Position numbers and translations under genes: made by a program. Positions 1 through 8,478 of a stretch of 20,000 bases of DNA are shown one piece after another. The number at the start of each line of letters is the position of its first letter. The stretch's first letter is position 1. Below the pieces are notes generated by a model. That model worked only from the letters and a program-made list of their open reading frames with translations. It was not told the origin of the DNA and made no database searches. Source of the stretch: Emiliania huxleyi CCMP1516 (lineage: Eukaryota); assembly GCF_000372725.1 (NCBI RefSeq), contig NW_005201412.1:179268-199267 (forward strand), written 5' to 3'.

Positions 1-653
1 CTCACCAGGAGCGGCAGCATTTGCGGTTTTCGACTTTGGTTTTTCTTTGCACGCCATCATTCTTTTCCCTTTCAGCGGCCTCACTTGTCGCATTTGCGAG
101 GAAAGCAAGCGCGAGCGCTGCGGCGCCGGAGTCTTTCGGTCACCATTCTGGACCATCTTAATATTTTTCAATGATTTTTGCAGGGTCTGAAAGCTGAGAC
201 TCAGCTCTTCACGCTCGGTATGAAAGCAAGGTCCGTCCGGGGGGTCCCATTTTTCAGTATTTCCCCCTAGTTATGTGTTTTCTTTCTTTCTTTTTTACGA
301 GGTGACAGGCGTACGCGAGAGTGTGCGCTGCATCCTGCAAGCAAGAGAGCAAGAGAAGAACAGCTCGCTCGCCCACGCGCGCCGCGCGCGTCTGCAGCGC
401 GCCGCGAGCGCGCCACACCACCACGCCGCACGCCGACGACGATCCACCAATCTCCCGCCGCTGGCCTCTGCGCTCTGGCCTGGTGCGACTAGACCCAGCG
501 GAGGCCCCGCACGCTCACCCGCCGCCATCGCCCGAGCGGGGGGGGGGGGGGGGGGACCCGCCGTGTTTCCTCCTTTTTCCGCCCCCCGCCCTCCCAGCTC
601 CCCGCCCTCCGGGATCTACTCCGACTAACGTGGTGCCCTGCCGGCCCGCCGGC

Positions 654-3251
654 TCAGATGGAGGACATGGCCTGCTTGCGCACCTCCCGCGCCGCCCCCT
701 CGCGCGCCAGCCCCGCCGCCTTGGCCGCCACCCGCCGCGTGGCCGCCTCGGACGGCACCTCGCCCATCAGCGAGCGGGCCCACCCCTCGAGCAGCAGCAC
801 GCGCGCCTCTGCGCGGCCGAGCCCGCGCGCCTGCAGTAGAACAGACCACCTCCCACATCTCCCTCTATCTCCCCATATCTCGAGGAGGGGAGGCGCCTGC
901 AGGTAGAAGACCATCTCGTCGTCGAGGTCGGCGACGGTGGCCCCGTGCGTGCACACGACGTCGTCCGTCAGGATCTCGAGGTTGGGCGAGATGTCGACGC
1001 GCGCCGAATCTGAGAGGAGCAGCGAGCGGCAGAGCTGGTTGGCGGTGGTGTTGTCCGACCCGTGCGGCACCTGCACCGCCCCGCGAAACACAACCTGCGA
1101 GCGGCGGGGGACGGGGCGGGTGGTGGGGGGGGAGAGGGCTCGCAAGCGGCTGCACCGCGGGGCGGAGGGATCCCTCGCGCGGCCGGCGAGGGCGTTGCGC
1201 TGCTCCTGCTCGGAGGAGCCTGCAGGCCGACATGGAGGGCGTGAGAGGGGTGCGCTGGTGCGCTGGGTCGGCTGTTGCGCTGCGGATCAGAGTTGCAGTC
1301 GGGAGAGACGTGCCGCACGGCGGAGTGGAGGTCGAGCAGCTGCGACTCGGAGCCGAGGGCGATCCCGTTGAGGGAGGCGTGCGAGTGCCTCCCCTCGAGC
1401 CGCACCGCGAGGTTGACGCGAGAGAGGCGCCTGGCGCATACGGTATGGGTTAGGGTATGGGTTAGGGTTAGGGTCAGGGTTAGGGTTAGGGTCAGGGTCA
1501 GGGTTAGGGTTAGGGTTAGGGTTAGGGTATGGGTTAGGGTTGACGCGAGAGAGGCGCCTGGCGCAGGACGCACAGCCGCAATCACAGTGTGTGTGTGTGT
1601 GCAAGGGGAACAAGAGCCGAGGTCTGCGCGGGAGAGGGGCGCCCTCCTGGAGATATGGGGAGATATGGGGAGATATGTGGAGATATGGGGAGATATGGGG
1701 AGATATGGGGAGAGGGGCGCCCTCCCGACTGGACGATGTTCGCGTCGTAGCGAGCGCCGGCCGCGAGGGTTGCGAGCACCTGGCGGGCGGGGCCGAGGGG
1801 CGGGGTGGAGGGGCGGGGCCGAGGGGCGGGGTCGAGGGGCGGGGTCGAGGGGCGGGGCCGAGGGGCGGGTCGTCGGCCGGCGGCCTTGGAGCGTGCCGGG
1901 CGGGCTGGCGCGAGCAGCGAGTGTGTGGGGGGCGTGAAGGGGTGCGAGGGGGTGCGAGGGGGTGCGAGGGGGCGGGAGGGGGTGCGAGCAGCGCCGAATC
2001 GACGTGGACAGCGCCGTCGGACTGCTCCTGCGGGCCGAGGCGCGGCGACGCGTCAGGGGCTGCGGTGCGGGGCTTGGGGCTGCGGTGTTCGAGGCGGGCA
2101 GCTGGTGCGTGGTGTCTCGGCGACCTCTCGGCGATCTCTCGGCGCTATCGCGGCTCCACCTCGGCGGGCAGCTCCTGCAAGCACGCATACTATCCCGGCA
2201 ACCTCTCGGGGGTCTCTCTGCAGCTGCCTGCAGGTATGCGTGCGTGAGCGAGGCATTCTCGCCGAGGCGCAGCCGCGAGAGGCCGTTGCAGAAATAGGCG
2301 CCGCGGCCGGCGTACTGCTGGAGCAGCGAGAGGGAGGCGCCGTCGCCGAGCCAGAGGGAGAGGTTGGGGTGGCTGGCGGCGAGCTGCGGCGAGGCGCCGG
2401 CCTCGGCGCCGGAGTCGGGGTAGGAGGGTGTGGAGAGGAGGATGAGGCGGAGCGTGTCTACAGCGACGCCGCTCGGCACCTGGCGGGGAGGAGGGGCGGG
2501 GTTGGGGGGGGGGGGGGGGCCAGGGGGGGTGACGGGCGGGCAGGGCGGGAGGGCGGGGGAAAGGCGGGAGGAGGCGGGAGGGGGCCGGAGGAGGCCGAAG
2601 AAAGGGCGGGAGGAGGCGGAGGCGCACATAGACGCACGCAACGTCGGAGAGGGCCGCCTGGTTGAGCGCGGCAAAGGTGTGGCAGCCGAGCTCCGTGCGC
2701 GGGTCCGCCTCCCGCTCCGGGATCTCCCGCAGCGACTCCAGCACCGCCTCCCTCACCTCCGGCGGCACCTGCTCGAGCGGGCCTGCGTACGCGCCGCCGC
2801 CGAGGGAAGAGGTGTCGCTGAGGTCGGCGCTGTAGACGCCGTCGACAAAGACCAGCCGCGGCCGCGCCGCCGCCGCCGCCTCCTCCTCCTCCTCCACGTA
2901 CCCCGCCACGAGCTCGCCCACCCGGCCCGACGGGGCACCGAGTGTCGCGCCATAGAGCAGAGAGAGGTCGGTGCGGCGCCACGCCTCCTGCTTGCGCCCC
3001 GGGCGCCGCGCCGCGAGCACAACGTCGGTCGCCTCCGACCGCACCTCATCCAGCAGACCTGACGCCACAGAGCCACGCGCCGCCACCGCCGATCCAAGCC
3101 AGTCGTCCACCGCAGATTGAGTGAGCGTGCCGGCCTCGGCGCAGCGCACCGCGGCGCGGCCACGCGCAGACCCGCACAAGGGCGCCCCTGGCGCCGGCCG
3201 CTGCGAAGGCAGGTACGCGGCGCCGACAGAGGCGATGCAGGCTGTCAGCAT
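654..3251 (-). CDS. sufD: Fe-S cluster assembly protein SufD, plastid-targeted; 8 predicted exons: 3251-2628, 2479-2228, 2027-1995, 1779-1721, 1430-1297, 1219-1173, 1094-897, 830-654
   Basis: Spliced translation gives SufD hallmarks: EAWRRTDL near the N-terminus; RVNLAVRLEGRHSHASLNGIAL; DLHSAVRH..DCSSEQEQRN; VVFRGAVQV..NQLCRSLLLSDSARVDISPNLEILTDDVVCTHGATVADLDDEMVFYLQARGL. N-terminus MLTACIASVGAAYLPS plus an Arg/Ala/Pro-rich stretch resembles a bipartite plastid leader. All seven introns end in AG and preserve frame; donors GT, GC, GC, GC, GC, GA, GC. Confidence 0.92.
1444..1541 (+). repeat. Interstitial telomere-like array inside sufD intron 4
   Basis: 16 hexamers: 10 TTAGGG, 3 TCAGGG, 3 TATGGG; flanked by a 28-bp direct repeat (1411-1438, 1538-1565). 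Confidence 0.95.
1649..1710 (+). repeat. 10-bp tandem repeat (GGAGATATGG)x6 in sufD intron 4
   Basis: Directly visible; the same family occurs in the opposite orientation in intron 7 (about 850-881, ctccccatat-like). Confidence 0.95.
1787..1988 (+). repeat. G-rich tandem repeats in sufD intron 3 (13-bp GAGGGGCGGGGYC units, then 10-bp GGGGTGCGAG units)
   Basis: About six 13-bp units at 1787-1870 and four 10-bp units at about 1938-1988. Confidence 0.85.
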
Positions 3252-3794
3252 CGCCTGCGATTGCCCTGGCCGGCCCCGTGCTTTTTCGGGAGATGTGCAG
3301 CCAGGTTCGTTGTGAAGACTGGGGCGCGCCACCCAAGAGCCTATAGGTAGGTGCGGATCGGCAAGAGCGCAATCGATCTTTTTGCCCTCTAACACCTTGG
3401 GTTGTAAGAACTTGAAACACACCACGCAGGGGCACAGCAAGCACGGATAGCCGCACTATCTTAGAGGAATACGCATTTCTGCGGCGAATACAAACGCGAG
3501 TACGCGCACCGGCGCGGACACACTGGGATTTGTCTGGCGGTGCTGCCCGCGCGGTCGGTACCGCCCTCTCGGCCACCCAAGCAGGTGGATAGGTGAGGAG
3601 ACGCGCAGAACGGCGGCCGCGAGGCAGCCGGCGCGGTGCTCCCTCGGCGCGGTTCGCCGGAGCAGACTTTTGCTTACGGTTTGAGCCGCGGCCCGGTAGG
3701 TTGACTGAGCGGCTGGTGCGTGTGAGGCGGTGCTGGGCGGGGTTGGGTCGCCACTGCGCGATCCGGCCCCAGTCTCGGTTACGTAGACGCCTAG

Positions 3795-4250
3795 TCAGCA
3801 CGTAGGATGATGCTGCCAACCCGAGCGCGCCCGGATGGCATTTCGGGCGGCCCTTAGCACCCCATTTTGTGCTTGGAGGTGCGGTCGCCTTTGTTGGAGT
3901 TGGCGAGGGAGTCGCCCTTGTACTCTCCCACCGTGACGTGCACGCCCGCGGCGGCCTGCTCGACGAGAGTGGGCGCAATCACCGACAAGTATAGCCCGTG
4001 CCTGCGCTGTATCGCCGTCAGGAACATCGCCGACACCATCTTCGTGTGGTGGAGTCCATCACAGGGCGCATGTCGAGCCACCCAGCGGCGCCGAACTGGG
4101 AGATCGAGATGTAGCGAGTCGCCTCCCTGGACTTAATCGCCTCCGACTGCGGCGTGTTTTTGTCAATCTCCTCGCACGCCGCCAGGCACGCGATCCACGC
4201 TTCGTGGGCCCCGACAGCAGCGAGCGTGCCCTGTTTCGGGACTGGAGAGG
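3795..4250 (-). mobile_element. Degenerate fragment of a CRE-like (restriction-like endonuclease) non-LTR retrotransposon, post-RT region
   Basis: Joining frames across short indels gives EATRYISISQFGAAGWLDMRP/DGLHHTKMVSAMFLTAIQRRHGLYLS...GDSLANSNKGDRTSKH/NGVLRAARNAIRARS/VGSIIL, matching the 'S..GAGAWL...P...F..A.QRRLGL...GD...RHN.V' pattern seen between RT and endonuclease in CRE-clade elements. About three frameshifts; no RT domain present. Confidence 0.65.
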
Positions 4251-4257
4251 TGCTCTG

Positions 4258-4736
4258 TTGGCCAGTAGCAGGTTTGCCTCTCGCACCCCGTCTGTTTTCT
4301 TTCCTTTTTTCTCTACAGCACCCTCTCTTTTCCTCTCTATTTTCCCGGGAAAACTGCGTGGAAATCGTCAAATTTTGGGCTCTGAGCCGAGCCTGAGGCT
4401 GGTTTGGGCCCAAAATCAGCCAAATTTTAGGCCAAATCGGCAAAATGCCGGGAATTTCGCGGAGAGGAACCCGTGTATACCTGGAAATTACCCTGCGACC
4501 GCCTGGGTATTTTGTCGATTCCTCAATTTTGCCTCAGATTTTGCCCCAGACGCCAGACCAGCTCTCAGACTCAGGGAAACTCGCGAGTTTCCAGAATGAC
4601 AAAACTCCAGAATGGAGCACCAAACACAACCAACAACACAAACACCCTCTGTTTTCCCTGGAAATTTCCGGAAACGCAAAGTGCTGGGGACCCTCTGTTT
4701 TCCTTTTTGTTTGCCGGAAAACCTGCTACAGGCCAA
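4258..4736. repeat. AT-rich segment bounded by 18-bp inverted repeats (MITE-like or regulatory)
   Basis: TTGGCCAGTAGCAGGTTT (4258-4275) and AAACCTGCTACAGGCCAA (4719-4736) are reverse complements with one mismatch; internal ACCCTCTGTTTTCC-like and CCTGGAAATT repeats. Confidence 0.55.
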
Positions 4737-4811
4737 GCAAGTGCTCACGCGCAAAGAAAAGAGACGACGCATAAAAAAGAAAATGAAATCCGAGCTAATC
4801 ATCTTCGATCG

Positions 4812-5414
4812 ATGTCGGCACTTCTGTTCATCGCCAGTGCCGGCCTCGTGCTGCCCGCGCCTCCGCAGCGCGCGCACGCCGCGCGTCGCGCCGCGCCGAC
4901 CACGATGCTAGACATCCCTCGCATCACGCTGCCGGCCGCCGTCGCGGACCCCATCAAGGACCTCGACCTCAAGAGCCCAAACGACCTCTCGCAAGCAGAG
5001 TACAATTCGTACTCCGCGGCTGCCATCGGAGGCACGCTCATCTTCTTCATCCTGCCCCTCTTTGACATCCTCGGCTTCTTTGGCGACTTCGTGTTCTCGG
5101 CGCTCGTCGGCGGCGGCGTCGGCGCCTATGCATCGCTTCGCAAGGTGTGCCCGGCCGGAGCCCTCACGCTCCCCCCTCACCGCTCGGTCCGCCATCCAAT
5201 TCTCACGCCCGACCCGCTCCGAGGCTCTACGTGCAGCCCTGCGCGCAGCTCCTCCCGCCTCCCTCACTTTCCTCTCCCTTCCCCTAAGGATTCGGTGGGC
5301 GAGTATGCGAACAAGTTTGGCGGCGCGCTGCTGACTGCGGCCGACAAGGCAGCGGCGGAGGCGCCGGGCCTGAAAGACAAGCTGCAGAAGCTCGTCGACG
5401 ACATCAAGAGCTAG
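4812..5414 (+). CDS. Predicted plastid-targeted small membrane protein of unknown function (exons 4812-5144, 5289-5414; 152 aa)
   Basis: ATG 4812; MSALLFIASAGLVLPAPPQRAHAARRAAPTTM looks like signal plus transit peptide; two hydrophobic segments (AAAIGGTLIFFILPLF, FFGDFVFSALVGGGVGAYA); GT-AG intron 5145-5288 with a pyrimidine-rich 3' end; strong GC3 bias; TAG at 5412-5414. Confidence 0.8.
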   Translation: MSALLFIASAGLVLPAPPQRAHAARRAAPTTMLDIPRITLPAAVADPIKDLDLKSPNDLSQAEYNSYSAAAIGGTLIFFILPLFDILGFFGDFVFSALVGGGVGAYASLRKVCPAGALTLPPHRSVRHPILTPDPLRGSTCSPARSSSRLPHFPLPSPKDSVGEYANKFGGALLTAADKAAAEAPGLKDKLQKLVDDIKS

Positions 5415-5691
5415 AGCGCCGCTTGCGGCCGGCCCCTACCGTGGGAATGGGAATGATCTCTCGCTCAGAGGCGCTTGCCAGCATGAGCGCAGTCCTCCGA
5501 ATGGCGGCCCGTGCCGCGCGGCGTTCTGCGGGCCCATATACGTTTTGCGACACTGCATGGACATGGCGGCCTGCCGCGAGGGCCGAGCACGCGTCGACGA
5601 CCGTAGACCGAGAGCGAGCGCGCCCTGCACGGGAGGCGCCCGCCTCGGCCTCGCGCAACCCTGTGGCCTGTGCGCTGCCCGACCAGGCACC

Positions 5692-5733
5692 GTCGCCATG
5701 TCACCCCCCCCGTATGTCGCCATGTCACCCCCC
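5692..5733 (+). repeat. Short tandem duplication GTCGCCATGTCACCCCCC x2
   Basis: Copies at 5692-5709 and 5716-5733. Confidence 0.85.
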
Positions 5734-6306
5734 GTTGTCGTGGAGCCCCCACCATGCTACGAATTGTTATTTTAAATATGGGGCACATCAGACATCCCAT
5801 ACTCGTTCGCTTTCGCATGCATCACGATGCCAGAAAAAAGAAAACGAGGGAGAGTGATCGCGAGAAGGACAGAGTCAGAGACTCCTCCCAGGAGGGGATT
5901 TGCAGTAAAGAATCCTACGAATACAAGCCCCTCTCACAGCGGACTGCAGGACGTTGCGGAGATCAGCAGGAGGATGTACGAAAAGATTCTAGCATCTAGG
6001 AGCAGCAGGGACCAATGGTTGGGTAGTAGGGGTAGAGCTAGAGGGTTGCCCAAAACTTAGACCTGCTCGCAGGCGAGCGCTGAACTAAGCCCCCGGAAGG
6101 AGGCGGGCTCTCAAACTTAGACGCTGTGGTGATCGGACTCACGTGTCACGAACTTAGATGACACGAGGTCGGCCAGTTCCGGGTCTCTGCAGGAGCCCCC
6201 CCCCCCCCCCCGGGCTCCCAGCCACAGCCCAGCCAGGCCGCCGCCCCGGTCCGGCCCGCGGTCTGCTAAATAAAAAGTGTAAACCCTGCATATTTTGCAC
6301 GACCCC

Positions 6307-6855
6307 ATGGGTCAAAAAGCTACCAGCGCCGTCGCGCACGCCCTCCTCTCAGCCTCCGTGCGCAAGTTGCGACGGCGCAGTGCCCGCGGCCGCCTCCCGC
6401 GCAGCACCGCCGCTGGGGACGACACGCTGCGGAATCGGATCGAGCCCATGCACCGGGCAAAGAAGGACGCTGCAGAAGCGGTTGGAGAGGCAGCCGGCGT
6501 CTGCCGTCACAACGAGTCCCAGCGCTGGTTTTGGACATGCGCGTCGGCTCGCCCGAGGACTGCTGTCGCGACCCTCCCGTCGTGACGCAGCCTCCGACGA
6601 GCTCTGCAACCGAGGAGAGTGAGGGTGCCTCCCCTCACTGCTGGCCTGGCTGCGCACCGCCCCACAAAGCACCCCCTCGAGCATCTCTACAAGTACAAGT
6701 ACAAGGGCGACCTTCTCCAAGTCGTCAACACGCCCGGCGGCTCCGGCAAGACTTTAGCCTTGGCCAGCCTCCTTGCGGAGCAGGAGGAGATCCGCTCTCG
6801 GTCGGCAACGTGGCAGCTAGTCGCGGGACTCGGTAGTTGTGACCCCCCTGAGTGA
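6307..6855 (+). pseudogene. Disrupted, truncated P-loop NTPase/SF2 helicase-like fragment
   Basis: ORFs 6295-6585 and 6619-6855 share a frame, separated by one TGA (6583-6585); contains GDLLQVVNTPGGSGKTLALASLL (Walker A/helicase motif I-like); no Walker B before the stop. Confidence 0.45.
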
Positions 6856-7251
6856 GGAGACAGGAGAGAGAGAGCTTTTGTGGTGTTGGTGTACGCAATA
6901 ACGGGACAGGGTAGTCGTTCTCTCGAGCTCCCCTTCTAGCTCTTAGCATGAGCTGCGCCCTGTGTCCGACCCCTTTTGCGCAGCAACACCTTACACTTTT
7001 AGGCTGCCCTCCAAATTCGGGTCGGAGCGTAGCGGAGTGGGCCCCGAGTTTGAAAAGGGCGACGGACGCTTGCGTCCTAGCCTCCAACAACGCCTGCCCG
7101 GCGCAGAGGGGCCCCCGGAGGGATGCTCAACCGCTCCACGCCACGCCGCTTGCGGCGGTCCTATTCCCGGCCGCCGCGTTTTTAGAGAGAGAGATTTTTA
7201 GTTGTTTGCGTTTTTATCACAGCGGAGCAAAACAACCCGACAACCCGCGCC

Positions 7252-8223
7252 ATGCTCGACGGCGACAACAACGGCGACGGTCTCGTCGCGGTGTGCTCGC
7301 TGCCGCATGCGGGCGGCGTCGCGCGCTTCAGCCCGGACGGCAAGCACCTCGCTCTCGGAGCCGATGACGGCACCGTCCGCGTCGCCGCCACGGGCGCCGC
7401 GCGCGAGCACCGGACGCTCGAGCAGCTCTCGGTGGTCCCGGGCGCGACCCGCACCTACTCGGACCACGCCAAGGCGATCAACGACGTCGACTTCCACCCT
7501 CGCTCGCCGGTGCTCGTCTCTGCGTCTGCAGACTGCACGATGCGCTTCTTCGACTACGCCTCGGGCGCGCCGCGCGCCTCGCGCCAGTGCACCGACACGC
7601 ACGCGGTGCACGCGGTCGCCTTCCACCCGTCGGGCGACCACCTGCTCGCCGCCACAGAGCACCACGCCATCCACCTGTACGACGCGGCAACCTTCCGCTG
7701 CTACCTCGCGCCGCAGCCGAGCGACCACCACCTAGCGCCCGTCGCGGACGCTCACTGGTCGGCGGACGGCTCGCTCTTCGCCTCGTGCGGCGGCGACGCC
7801 ATCAAGGTGTGGGACGGCGTGACGAACCGCTGCGTCCGCACGATCGCCTCGGCGCACCTGGGCGCGCCGGTCAACACGCTCTGCTTTGGGGGCGGGGGGA
7901 GGACGCTGCTCTCGTGCGGCGCCGACTCGTGTGTGCGGCAGTGGGACGTGGGCAGCGGCAAGCTGCTCCGCGTCTTTGAGGGCGCGCAGCAGACGCGACG
8001 GACGGCCTGCTGCTTCTCGCACGATGAGGCCCTCGTGCTCTCGTCGGACGAGAAGACGGGGGAGCTGGTGGCGTGGGAGGCGAGCACGGGCGCGCAGCAG
8101 GCGCGCTACGCCGCGCACTCGATGCCGGTGCGGTGGCTCGCGCACTCGCCCGTGGAGGCGGTCGCGGTGAGCTGCGGCGACGACGGACTCGTCCACCTTT
8201 GGGCGAGCGCGTACCTGCTCTAG
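7252..8223 (+). CDS. CSTF1: WD40 protein, cleavage stimulation factor 50 kDa subunit (CstF-50)-like
   Basis: 323-aa uninterrupted ORF with WD40 repeats and CstF-50-like segments: RTYSDHAKAINDVDFHP, MRFFDY, AFHPSGDHLLAATEHHAIHLYDAATFRCY, IKVWDGVTNRCVRTIASAHLGAPV, CCFSHDEALVLSSDE, HSPVE..SCGDD. Confidence 0.85.
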   Translation: MLDGDNNGDGLVAVCSLPHAGGVARFSPDGKHLALGADDGTVRVAATGAAREHRTLEQLSVVPGATRTYSDHAKAINDVDFHPRSPVLVSASADCTMRFFDYASGAPRASRQCTDTHAVHAVAFHPSGDHLLAATEHHAIHLYDAATFRCYLAPQPSDHHLAPVADAHWSADGSLFASCGGDAIKVWDGVTNRCVRTIASAHLGAPVNTLCFGGGGRTLLSCGADSCVRQWDVGSGKLLRVFEGAQQTRRTACCFSHDEALVLSSDEKTGELVAWEASTGAQQARYAAHSMPVRWLAHSPVEAVAVSCGDDGLVHLWASAYLL

Positions 8224-8478
8224 CGCCACAGGGGGCCGCTAGTCGGTCGTTTACGCATTACGGGGAATAAAACGGTCTGGAAAAAGAGAGAAGATTGGAG
8301 GAGGGGGCTCTCGGCGGTCGAAGGGGGAAAAAGAAAAACGAGCAAAGGCAGCGTATTGCTTTCCCCGGAGGCCGAGGTGGCCGTGGCGGACGCCCTTCGA
8401 CCAAGGTGCCCACGACCAATTCGACCATCCGACCTGAGTCCTGACCCTCCTAGTCAACAGTCAACCCTCAACCTGACA

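Noticed and set aside
187..260. Hammerhead ribozyme suggested by CTGA and GAAA
   Set aside because: No CUGANGA core or three-stem arrangement.
275..628. Plus-strand ORF with an intron-like poly-G/pyrimidine tract
   Set aside because: No ATG start or recognisable domain; cannot be supported as a gene.
1444..1541. Chromosome end, or LTLTLT/NPNPNP/VRVRVR coding repeats
   Set aside because: The tract is short, internal and lies in a sufD intron; the peptides are translation artefacts.
1649..1988. CRISPR-like array
   Set aside because: Head-to-tail repeats without unique spacers; eukaryotic context, no cas genes.
968..2674. 568-aa ORF as a single protein
   Set aside because: Read-through of GC-rich introns linking some true sufD exons.
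3252..3440. N-terminal extension of sufD in ORF 2190-3440
   Set aside because: Non-ATG start; ATG 3251 directly precedes a plausible targeting peptide.
4473..4811. Upstream extension of the 313-aa ORF
   Set aside because: AT-rich repeat-like DNA without coding bias; the leader starts at 4812.
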